IMG/VR virus record: IMGVR_UViG_3300032291_001093
Location: 1 to 55,815 of that record
DNA length: 55,815 nucleotides
Strand: one strand, 5' to 3'
From: a virus
Lineage: Duplodnaviria > Caudoviricetes
The position numbers and the translations under genes were made by a program. Below are positions 43,538 to 51,123 of the stretch, in pieces. Below the pieces are notes generated by a model, which made no database searches, was not told where the DNA came from, and saw only the letters and a list, made by a program, of their open reading frames with translations. Within the stretch, counting starts at the first letter, position 1, and each line of letters begins with the position of its first letter.

Positions 43538-44454
43538 GCTGTTGCGGCGCAGAGTGGTACTTGTCCATTTCCAATGGCTTTAAGTCTGTCCATCCTAGCG
43601 GCCACCCCATCAGCCACTCTACCCACGTTGGGTTCAGCTTCCCACTGGTCGGATGTACCGATTGACTCAGCATAATTTGCTTTCCTATTTCTACTCTGCG
43701 CTGAATTGATGGGTTGCTCATGTTTCCCCTGTCTCTGTTGTCTGATGCTTGCGGCGTGGGCCAGATGTTCTTCTTCGCCATCATTGCAAGTGTTGGGCGC
43801 TGATTTGAGCTGCCCACTGATGTATTGAATCTTCCCGTTCCAGCATCTATCGATACAAGAGTCGGAAATGTTTGTCGCTTTTTTAGCGCCCTCCTGCTGT
43901 TGCTCCCACCGTCTAATCCTGTTGTGTTGGGTGTGTGAAAGCTGTCCACGCCATTTGGCGACAATCCAGATTCTGTCCCTCTGATGGTTTGCTCCAACGT
44001 CCGCTGCTCCCAGCACTCCCCATTTCGCATCAAACCCCATTGAGGCCAAGTCTCCGAGAACTCGTCCAAGTCCCCTAGAAGTGAGCATTGGTGAGTTTTC
44101 CACGAAGACGAATCTGGGTCGTACTTCGTGAATGATGCGCGCCATTTCTCCCCACATTCCGCTTCGCTCTCCGTCAATTCCTGCGCCTTTTCCTGCTGCG
44201 CTGATGTCCTGGCACGGGAATCCTCCAGATACAACGTCAACAATTCCTCTCCAAGGCTTTCCGTCAAAGGTTTGAACGTCATCCCAAATCGGGAAAGGCG
44301 GGAGAAATCCGTCATTTTGTCTTGCGGCAAGTACGCTTGCTGGATAGGGTTCCCACTCAACTGCGCAGACGGTTCTCCATCCAAGCAGGTGTCCCCCAAG
44401 TATTCCTCCACCAGCGCCCGCGAAAAGAGCCAACTCATTTAAATTCTCCTTCAT
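43513..44454 (-). CDS. C5 cytosine DNA methyltransferase, alpha chain (motifs I-VIII and X)
   Basis: LFAGAGG (I), GGFPCQDIS (IV), VENS (VI), HQRDRIWI (VIII), RLKAIGNGQVP (X); no motif IX in this frame. Confidence 0.93.
   Translation of the reverse strand: MKENLNELALFAGAGGGILGGHLLGWRTVCAVEWEPYPASVLAARQNDGFLPPFPIWDDVQTFDGKPWRGIVDVVSGGFPCQDISAAGKGAGIDGERSGMWGEMARIIHEVRPRFVFVENSPMLTSRGLGRVLGDLASMGFDAKWGVLGAADVGANHQRDRIWIVAKWRGQLSHTQHNRIRRWEQQQEGAKKATNISDSCIDRCWNGKIQYISGQLKSAPNTCNDGEEEHLAHAASIRQQRQGKHEQPINSAQSRNRKANYAESIGTSDQWEAEPNVGRVADGVAARMDRLKAIGNGQVPLCAATAWNILSKK
43524..44438 (-). CDS. Overlapping +1-frame methyltransferase beta chain (TRD-like repeats plus motif IX)
   Basis: 304 open codons; SD AAGGAG 7 nt before the ATG; HTP/PTL/PTP repeats; LNPTWVEWLMGWPLGWT. 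Confidence 0.85.
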   Translation of the reverse strand: MSWLFSRALVEEYLGDTCLDGEPSAQLSGNPIQQAYLPQDKMTDFSRLSRFGMTFKPLTESLGEELLTLYLEDSRARTSAQQEKAQELTESEAECGEKWRASFTKYDPDSSSWKTHQCSLLGDLDEFSETWPQWGLMRNGECWEQRTLEQTIRGTESGLSPNGVDSFHTPNTTGLDGGSNSRRALKKRQTFPTLVSIDAGTGRFNTSVGSSNQRPTLAMMAKKNIWPTPQASDNRDRGNMSNPSIQRRVEIGKQIMLSQSVHPTSGKLNPTWVEWLMGWPLGWTDLKPLEMDKYHSAPQQLGTF

Positions 44455-45431
44455 GATGCCAAATGTGGATAGTTAATAAAAAACTGCGCCTCAGAGCCGT
44501 ACTCAGCAATGAATTGCCCAGCATCTCGATGCCTCCATAGGCTTACGATAGGTTCTCCGTCTGCTATGCCCTCGTAGTTCCTCTGCTTTCTGCACAGCAA
44601 GTAGCAGTCAGGTTCAGTCTGTCGGGTGCTCATAACGCCTTTGGCTCGGTAATCATCTTCCTTAGCCTTATTCCGCCAAACCATAAATAGGTTGTCCACT
44701 TGGTCGGTGATGGAGCCACTACCCTTGGTGTCATGCTTGTCGGGCATGTCGGTCTCTTTGGCGGGCTTTTTAAGATGATGCACAAGGTGGATGTGGATAT
44801 TGCAGTCTTTAGCCAATGCACAAAGTTGGTCAACAAATGCTTTCTGTCCGTTGTAGTCATCTTCATTCTTGACACATTTCATAAGAGAGTCAATAAACAC
44901 ATGAGTTATTTTAAGCTCTTGTGCACAATATTTAACCATGCCCAATACGGTTTCGGGGCGTGCGGTTCCTGTTTGGTCGTACAGCCACATCTTTTGCTTA
45001 GTCCAATAGCCAAAATCATCATAAAGCTCTTCTAGGGCAGTAATGCCTTCGTCAGTCTGATATTCGGGCGCATTGGGGTTTGTCCCCGAAAACATCCGGA
45101 TCAGCCTCTGAATGGTCACTAGGGGCTTCATCTCAAACGATGCTATGCAGACACGTTCGCCTTGCCCCAAGAGGGATAGAGCAATCTGGCTCGTCACGTC
45201 AGTCTTGCCGTGGCCATTCTGCCCAGCCCAAACCGTCACCTCAGACGGGCGGAAGTCGAAGCTCTCATTGGTCTTTGGCCAAGGCAGGAAAGTTTTGGGT
45301 TCGGATAACTTCTGTCGAAGTCTAGCCTTAGCATCATCCACAAAATCTGCTGCTGGCTTGACCTTTGTTTGAGCTTCTGTCTCTTGTAGGTATGCTTCAA
45401 AGTCAATGCTGTCATCTAAAAATTCAGGCAC
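44451..45431 (-). CDS. SF4 (DnaB/Twinkle-like) replicative helicase without a primase domain
   Basis: WAGQNGHGKT, SFEM, FIDSL, HLVHH, KGSGSITD, KQR. Confidence 0.88.
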   Translation of the reverse strand: MPEFLDDSIDFEAYLQETEAQTKVKPAADFVDDAKARLRQKLSEPKTFLPWPKTNESFDFRPSEVTVWAGQNGHGKTDVTSQIALSLLGQGERVCIASFEMKPLVTIQRLIRMFSGTNPNAPEYQTDEGITALEELYDDFGYWTKQKMWLYDQTGTARPETVLGMVKYCAQELKITHVFIDSLMKCVKNEDDYNGQKAFVDQLCALAKDCNIHIHLVHHLKKPAKETDMPDKHDTKGSGSITDQVDNLFMVWRNKAKEDDYRAKGVMSTRQTEPDCYLLCRKQRNYEGIADGEPIVSLWRHRDAGQFIAEYGSEAQFFINYPHLAS

Positions 45432-45738
45432 TATATCTCTCCATCCATCCAGTTTGTTTCCAAGAAGGTTTAGTTGGGTCTACAACAGAAGCAACCACTA
45501 ACTTGGGCTTGTTATCCACAGCCTTTTGGTACAAGGCCTTGACTCGTTTTTCATCCGTTCCAGTAATGCTGACATTTAGTCCAATCAAAAACCTCAAGTC
45601 AAGGTTTGCAATAGAGTCATTGTGTACACAAACGTCAAACCATTCTTTGGGAAGCTCGCACGGAAAGTCATTTACAAATACAATCTCAGGGATCATGCGC
45701 TGCTTGCGTAGGGCTATGATTTTGTCGTGACCTCTCAT
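45424..45738 (-). CDS. Hypothetical protein between initiator and helicase
   Basis: MRGH..II.LR, LDLRFL.GL.V. Confidence 0.65.
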   Translation of the reverse strand: MRGHDKIIALRKQRMIPEIVFVNDFPCELPKEWFDVCVHNDSIANLDLRFLIGLNVSITGTDEKRVKALYQKAVDNKPKLVVASVVDPTKPSWKQTGWMERYSA

Positions 45739-46397
45739 ATAGCCCCCGCAATGATGCCAGAAGAGGTTTTGGGGTAGCGATCAGTAGTCTGCTTTTCAGC
45801 AGCAAACTGGTTAGCTTTACGCATCCAGTTGCGCCACGTCCCAACCCAGTCACTCTTAGCAGCGGTAAATTCGTAATCGCGGAACACCTTTGTTTGCTCA
45901 GCAAAGTCAACCAATGGGCATTCGGACTTCACCCAGGTCTTCATGTCGTCAGTAACCTCAAAATCTTTGGGACACTTCTTGGCTGGCTTCTTTGCGGAAG
46001 ATGGTTCTTGTTTCTTGGTTATTGTTTCTTGTTTTATGTTTGGTTGAACGTCCGTTGCAACGACCGTTGAACGTTTGCTCAACCGCCGTTCAGCGGATGC
46101 TTTACCCGCCTTAGACGTCTGTTGAATTTTTGCCCTGTATTCCTCAATAACTAGGTCTGCTCGCTTGTTTACCCAGCCATCTTCTGTAAGCTTGAAAAAC
46201 TCTTCTAAGACGGTCTGGACTTCAATTTCATGCTCTCGCATTCCTATCTGACGTGCAACAGATGCTACGCCGCTGTTCAACGGACGTTCATGAAGGTAGT
46301 AAAGATCTAACAAGCGCCTGTAGGCAATGTCTTCAAGTAAAGACAAATGATTGGTATGGGACATATAGTCCCCAATGTTGAATTGGAAATAGTGCAT
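45735..46397 (-). CDS. DUF1376/YdaU-family replication initiator
   Basis: MHYFQFNIGDY...HLS..E..AYRRLLDLYY..E.P; C-terminal DW..TWRNW. Confidence 0.88.
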   Translation of the reverse strand: MHYFQFNIGDYMSHTNHLSLLEDIAYRRLLDLYYLHERPLNSGVASVARQIGMREHEIEVQTVLEEFFKLTEDGWVNKRADLVIEEYRAKIQQTSKAGKASAERRLSKRSTVVATDVQPNIKQETITKKQEPSSAKKPAKKCPKDFEVTDDMKTWVKSECPLVDFAEQTKVFRDYEFTAAKSDWVGTWRNWMRKANQFAAEKQTTDRYPKTSSGIIAGAI

Positions 46398-46410
46398 AAA
46401 TCATCCTCGC

Positions 46411-46487
46411 AAACCTCCTGAAAGAAACTAACGGCAGGGGGGAGGTTCCCTTTTCGGTTGGCTCATGACTTCCAACCTATCCGCGTT
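46411..46487 (-). promoter_or_regulatory. Candidate structured RNA leader of the replication gene
   Basis: GGTTGG/CCAACC hairpin, GAAAA linker, closing stem; AACCTCC can pair with GGAGGTT downstream. Confidence 0.5.
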
Positions 46488-46500
46488 ACAAAACATCATC

Positions 46501-46701
46501 TCATAGAACCAGATCGGGCCTCACGTCCGCCTTGGTGACCAGCCCCTGGGTAGCCTCTTCTATTGCCAAAGCCAGCTTGGGGGACGCCTTACGCTTGCCG
46601 TTAATCAATAGGCTAAACCACGTCAGGGATATGCCCAAATGGGTTGCCATCTCACTCTTTGCGCCTCGTGGCTCGTCTTTAAAGTAGTCTGTCAGTGTCA
46701 T
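46501..46701 (-). CDS. Cro/YdaS-like HTH regulator
   Basis: MATHLGIS..W.S....GKR...LA.AIEEAT.G.V....RPD; AAGGGA RBS before ATG 46701. Confidence 0.85.
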   Translation of the reverse strand: MTLTDYFKDEPRGAKSEMATHLGISLTWFSLLINGKRKASPKLALAIEEATQGLVTKADVRPDLVL

Positions 46702-46772
46702 AGTTGTCCCTTTCAGATCAGCAGTATGGCACAAACTTTTAGTTAAAACAACCCCAAGTTTTACTCAAGTAT

Positions 46773-46789
46773 TTTAACAGTTGGTTAAA
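46773..46789. promoter_or_regulatory. Palindromic operator in the divergent control region
   Basis: TTTAAC-AGTTG-GTTAAA; degenerate second site at 46731-46747. Confidence 0.65.
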
Positions 46790-46803
46790 TTGTGGTGTAA
46801 TGC

Positions 46804-47073
46804 ATGTACGCCGATACGGCGGTTATTAGGAGTGACGTGATGGATAAAGACGTGCGTAAGGTAGTTCCTTACACAACCCCCAAGGGCATCCAAATTGGAT
46901 CCCGCTACACCCCCCCGCAGCACCGCATAACGCCTGAAGAGGAAGCTGTTCAGTTGGCTATGTTGGGCATCAAAAAACCCATGAATCCACTTGCGCAAGT
47001 TGTCTTGCAGATGGTTGCCATTTGTTTTGGTGCCTTCTTGCTTATCCAGTTTGTTAAGTGGTTGGGGGTTTAA
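46804..47073 (+). CDS. Hypothetical protein with a C-terminal TM helix
   Basis: PYTT.KGIQIG..Y.PP; AGGAG suggests a start at 46837 or 46840. Confidence 0.65.
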   Translation: MYADTAVIRSDVMDKDVRKVVPYTTPKGIQIGSRYTPPQHRITPEEEAVQLAMLGIKKPMNPLAQVVLQMVAICFGAFLLIQFVKWLGV

Positions 47074-47238
47074 ATGAATCAAGAATACTACGAATGGCTA
47101 GAAGACCCTGTAGCCCAGCATGAGTACCGCAAGTTTTTACTTGAAGATGAAATGAAAAGGAGCCAACTACCCGACCCGTTTACCACCGATCCACAGGATT
47201 TCTTACAAACTTTACACAGGACTACATATGATCATTGA
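47074..47238 (+). CDS. 54-aa hypothetical protein (not in ORF track)
   Basis: MNQEYYEWLEDPVAQHEY...; abuts the upstream stop. Confidence 0.55.
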   Translation: MNQEYYEWLEDPVAQHEYRKFLLEDEMKRSQLPDPFTTDPQDFLQTLHRTTYDH

Positions 47239-47866
47239 AAACAAACCTAAATCTTCTTTTAAGCCCGTTCCTGCGGGTCTTCACTTAGCACGCTGCTACC
47301 GCATCATTGACTTGGGTACGCAAAAAAGCGAATTTGAGGGAAACGTCAAGTTTCTCCGTAAGCTCAAAGTTTGTTGGGAAATCTTTGGCGAGGACGACAA
47401 CGGTGACCCCCTTTGCACCGCCTCTGGTGAGCCTTTAATCATTACCAAGGACTACACCCTATCTTGGGCCGATAAAGCCACCCTACGCATTGATTTGCAG
47501 TCTTGGAGGGGCAAGCCCTTTACCGTGGAAGAACAGCGTCGATTTGACCTTAAAACCGTGCTGGACAAGTGGTGCATGTTGAATGTTGCCCATAAAGCCA
47601 AAAAGACAGGTGATGGCGTATATGCCAACATTGTGGCCATTACCCCTGTTCCTAATGCGGTTAAGTCTGCGGGACTTCCTGATGGCCATAACGCAGCCCA
47701 AATGTTCCAAATCAGCGATCCTGACATGGCGATGTTTGACACATTCTCAGACTTCTTAAAGAAACAAATCAGCGAGTCTCCAGAGTGGAAGGCCCAAAAC
47801 AAGAAGTCGGGTAGCGGGTTTGATGATATGCCCAATGATCTTGATGAAGAGGACTTGCCTTTTTAA
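47228..47866 (+). CDS. Putative single-stranded DNA-binding protein
   Basis: ARCYRIIDLGTQ, YANI, acidic tail ending DEEDLPF. Confidence 0.75.
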   Translation: MIIENKPKSSFKPVPAGLHLARCYRIIDLGTQKSEFEGNVKFLRKLKVCWEIFGEDDNGDPLCTASGEPLIITKDYTLSWADKATLRIDLQSWRGKPFTVEEQRRFDLKTVLDKWCMLNVAHKAKKTGDGVYANIVAITPVPNAVKSAGLPDGHNAAQMFQISDPDMAMFDTFSDFLKKQISESPEWKAQNKKSGSGFDDMPNDLDEEDLPF

Positions 47867-47868
47867 AA

Positions 47869-47877
47869 TGGTATAAT
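47869..47877 (+). promoter_or_regulatory. Extended -10 promoter
   Basis: TGGTATAAT (TGnTATAAT) upstream of the AAGGAG RBS of the HNH gene. Confidence 0.55.
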
Positions 47878-47904
47878 GGATACATACCTTTTTAAGGAGA
47901 AAGC

Positions 47905-48378
47905 ATGAAGGTGTGTAAAAGTTGTAGCATTGAAAAGCCTCTTTTAGATTTTTATAAAAATCACTCTATGTCAGATGGACATCTCAACCAATGTATTTCT
48001 TGTGTTAAAAGCCGCATAAAAAAACATAGAGAGGTTAATTTAGAAAAAATTAGAGAGTACGACAGAAAACGAGGAAAACAACCCCATCGCATTGAAGCTG
48101 TTATTCGGTATCAAAAAACTGAAGCCGGAAAAACAGTAAGAAGAAAATCACAAATTGCGTATCGTGAAAGATACCCAATGAAATATGCTGCTCATCTTAT
48201 TTTTAAGAAAGCAAAATGTGATGGATTGATTTCTAAAGTAAGCAATTGCTCAATTTGTAATTCAGACAAAAAAGTTGAAGGTCATCATGATGATTACACA
48301 AAACCATTGGATGTACGTTGGTTATGCAGAAAATGTCACGACGAATGGCATAGAAGCAATATTCCAATTTACAAGTAA
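47905..48378 (+). CDS. Free-standing zinc-finger/HNH-type endonuclease
   Basis: CKSC..EKPL.DFYK...CISC; CSIC...GHHDDYTKPLDVRWLCRKCH..WH; AT-rich. Confidence 0.8.
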   Translation: MKVCKSCSIEKPLLDFYKNHSMSDGHLNQCISCVKSRIKKHREVNLEKIREYDRKRGKQPHRIEAVIRYQKTEAGKTVRRKSQIAYRERYPMKYAAHLIFKKAKCDGLISKVSNCSICNSDKKVEGHHDDYTKPLDVRWLCRKCHDEWHRSNIPIYK

Positions 48379-48413
48379 ATGTTTATTTTTTGAAGGAAAA
48401 CTTAGGAGGCGGC

Positions 48414-49175
48414 ATGATCATCACTAGAGCAGAGGATTCTGGACACTGGTATCAGATAGATGGCACCCCAGCTTATTACGTTACCGCAAAGAGTGGCGAG
48501 CAACGCTCTACAACGCTGCGTGACGCTCGCAAGCTCAACTTGCTACCCTCGGTCACCACCATCATCAAATGTGCAGCCAGCCCCGGTTTAGAGGCTTGGA
48601 AGCTCAATCAGATGTTGTTGGCGGCTTTGACCTTGCCCAAGATTGATGGCGAGCCTGAAGAAAGCTTTGTTCAGAGGATTGTCAAAGATTCTAAAGAACA
48701 CGCCAAACAAGCTGCGGAGCGTGGTAGCGAGATCCATGCGGCTATTGAGACCTTCTACGAGGGCATCATGCTAGCCAACATGGCTGAATACCAAGTGGGC
48801 GTAGCACAAACGATAGAAGAGACTTTTGGCCGCTTAGACTTTAAGCCAGAGAAGTCTTTTGCCAGCAAGTACGGCTTTGGGGGTAAGGTAGATCTGCACG
48901 CAGAAAACGTGGTGATTGACCTTAAAACCAAAGAGTTTACAGACCCTAAAGACGTTAAGGGTTATCCAGAGAACATGATGCAGCTAGCGGCATATCGTGT
49001 TGGGCTGGGAATGCCTGATGCACGCTGCGCCAACGTGTTTGCATCGGTAACAGAGCCTGGCCTTTGCGTTTTACATGAGTGGTCTCAAGAAGAACTCAGT
49101 CAGGGCTGGCAGATGTTCAAAGGCTTGCTGGATTATTGGTACGCTAAAAATCAACTTGGAAAGGAAATATTATGA
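48414..49175 (+). CDS. PD-(D/E)XK (RecB/Cas4-like) exonuclease
   Basis: LPSVTTI, RGSEIH, E...GGKVDL...IDLKT, QLAAY; AGGAGG RBS before ATG 48414. Confidence 0.85.
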   Translation: MIITRAEDSGHWYQIDGTPAYYVTAKSGEQRSTTLRDARKLNLLPSVTTIIKCAASPGLEAWKLNQMLLAALTLPKIDGEPEESFVQRIVKDSKEHAKQAAERGSEIHAAIETFYEGIMLANMAEYQVGVAQTIEETFGRLDFKPEKSFASKYGFGGKVDLHAENVVIDLKTKEFTDPKDVKGYPENMMQLAAYRVGLGMPDARCANVFASVTEPGLCVLHEWSQEELSQGWQMFKGLLDYWYAKNQLGKEIL

Positions 49176-49441
49176 AATTTAAACTTGAAGTGTCTGCGGA
49201 AGACTTTAAAAAAATCATCTTTGCTCTGCAAGAGCTTCCATATAAAGAGTGCAGCGATCTGATGGAAGACATTGTTGCCCAAGGATTGGCTCAAAAAGAA
49301 GAGTACGAAATCTTTCAAAAGGACGTAGACCTCTTTATAGAGAACTGGGGAAAGCAAGTTGAGGAAGAGCTGGAGTTTGACTTCATTGAAGAAATCAAGA
49401 AGCCATCCAAATCCTCTAAAAACAAAAGGAGCAGCCGATGA
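49172..49441 (+). CDS. Hypothetical acidic protein
   Basis: ALQELPYK; AAGGA RBS. Confidence 0.6.
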   Translation: MKFKLEVSAEDFKKIIFALQELPYKECSDLMEDIVAQGLAQKEEYEIFQKDVDLFIENWGKQVEEELEFDFIEEIKKPSKSSKNKRSSR

Positions 49442-49674
49442 AAAACCCTTGGTTGACAGAAGATGACATCAAACAGATCTTTTTCCAAACTAACAATCAG
49501 AACCCCAAAGGCTTCTATGCAGGAGATTTGGACATCATGGAGTTTGCCGATAAGGTCATCTTGGTGGCTTCACACCGTATCGCACAGACTGAACGAGCTA
49601 TGTGTGTTCGCTTTGTTAACACCCTAAACACAAACGTGGGCAGGGCGTTAGAAGAGTACAGGGAGAATCTGTGA
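49438..49674 (+). CDS. Hypothetical protein
   Basis: 78 aa; AAGGAG RBS. Confidence 0.65.
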   Translation: MKNPWLTEDDIKQIFFQTNNQNPKGFYAGDLDIMEFADKVILVASHRIAQTERAMCVRFVNTLNTNVGRALEEYRENL

Positions 49675-49853
49675 AGATTTCATGGCACGATGACAACATG
49701 TTTGACTACTCGTCAATCCTTATAAAAATTGAGCGCTTAGAACATGACATACATCAAGCATTGCTGATTAAACGTCATGCTGAAGCATCAAGATTGGTTG
49801 AGGATCTGATCAAGCAGTCCATTGTCTTAAAGCAGTGGATTGATTACCAGTAA
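49671..49853 (+). CDS. Hypothetical protein
   Basis: 60 aa; GTGA-coupled. Confidence 0.55.
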   Translation: MKISWHDDNMFDYSSILIKIERLEHDIHQALLIKRHAEASRLVEDLIKQSIVLKQWIDYQ

Positions 49854-49878
49854 AAAAAAGCCCCCAGAGATGGGGGCT
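49852..49878 (-). terminator. Rho-independent terminator where the late and early-right operons converge
   Basis: AGCCCCC-6nt-GGGGGCT with a T8 tract on the minus strand. Confidence 0.8.
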
Positions 49879-49950
49879 AATTCCTTGAAGTGGCAACTGC
49901 AAGGTTGTGGGGTAATTGTAACCTATTACTGATCCAAAATGTTTTTTTAA

Positions 49951-51114
49951 TTAGGGACGTGCGTATTGAAAAGCGGGTTTTTGCGCTGCTTGCATCTCTT
50001 CTGGAGTTACTGGTTGTTGAGGTTGATCTTTCTTTCTCATGTTCTCTAAAACAGATAATGCAACAGGTGAGGCGGTAGAAAGCAATCCCCCAAGTAATTG
50101 AGTTGGAATGGTTGGAATCATTTGCAATCCACCACCCAAAGCTCCAGCACCAGCAATACTAGCGCCAAGCTTATCGCCAGCTTTGTACCTATCCATGGCT
50201 TCCATGCCACCAGCGGCAGCAGAAGCGCCTCCAAGCGCTCCAGAGAGCATAGGGTTCCTAGCCATAAATCCAGCAACTCCCCGCAATCCTGATGCGATTT
50301 GTTGCCCCTGAGTGGGTGGGACTATAGGTGGCTTGGCAACTTTAAACTCAGGCTTGTAAACAGTTCCAGTAGCAGGATTGCGAATGTTTGCGCCTTTGCG
50401 AGTGCCCTGTTCAGCTTCATGGGCTTGAGCAAAAGTTTTTGCGCCACGATCTTCATATCCCATAGCACCAGCCCACTTCTGTACGGCGCTTTTGGGGGCT
50501 GCTTCTACGGGAGCTGGGCCGCCGCCTAAAATAGCTCGTTTTGCAGAGATTCCTGCGCCAGTTGCCGCTCCAACACCGGCACCAGCAAGCATAGCTTTTT
50601 CTTTTCTAAAGTCTGCTTCTGATGCTGGCGTAATGGTTGGTTGTGTTTCGCTTAGGGGGGCCTCTTCAGGTACTTGTGATGGGGTTGGCTCAAATCCACC
50701 TAGTGCTTGTATGTTGTTTACATAGCCAAGGGTTGACTCAGGTGGAGATTGCGCTTTACCCGAAAAGAAAGGATGATCTGGCCCTGCGTTATAAGCCACA
50801 GCAGCAAGGATAGGATCATTGTTGTATCTATCCATGTTCTGTTTTAGGTACTTGAGACCCGCCTCAAGATTTTTGTCAGCATCCCTCAAATCTTCTTCTT
50901 TGTAGCCTAGCAATTTTCCCGTAGCTGGCATAACTTGCATGATGCCAATTTCTCCAGAGCCACCAGTTTTGTTTTGCCTTAAACCGCTTTCTACATAAGC
51001 TAAAGATAAGGCTAGGCGAGGATCAACCCCAAGCTCTTGAGCTTTGGTAATGACTTTATCAGCGTTTTGTAATTGCTCTTTATCGAGCTTATCTAAAAAA
51101 GAAAGATTTGCCAT
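49951..51114 (-). CDS. Putative ejection protein with an N-terminal SLT lytic transglycosylase
   Basis: AYVES, GIMQVMPATG, NLEAGLKYL, AYNAGP; Gly/Ala-rich hydrophobic C-terminus. Confidence 0.88.
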   Translation of the reverse strand: MANLSFLDKLDKEQLQNADKVITKAQELGVDPRLALSLAYVESGLRQNKTGGSGEIGIMQVMPATGKLLGYKEEDLRDADKNLEAGLKYLKQNMDRYNNDPILAAVAYNAGPDHPFFSGKAQSPPESTLGYVNNIQALGGFEPTPSQVPEEAPLSETQPTITPASEADFRKEKAMLAGAGVGAATGAGISAKRAILGGGPAPVEAAPKSAVQKWAGAMGYEDRGAKTFAQAHEAEQGTRKGANIRNPATGTVYKPEFKVAKPPIVPPTQGQQIASGLRGVAGFMARNPMLSGALGGASAAAGGMEAMDRYKAGDKLGASIAGAGALGGGLQMIPTIPTQLLGGLLSTASPVALSVLENMRKKDQPQQPVTPEEMQAAQKPAFQYARP

Positions 51115-51123
51115 GATTGCACC

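Noticed and set aside
47855-47877. Canonical -35/-10 pair TTGCCT...TATAAT
   Set aside because: The spacer is only 11 nt; kept only as an extended -10 element.
48414-49175. CRISPR-associated Cas4 or a CRISPR array
   Set aside because: No repeat-spacer array or other cas genes were seen and the Fe-S cysteine cluster is not evident; it is a typical phage exonuclease.
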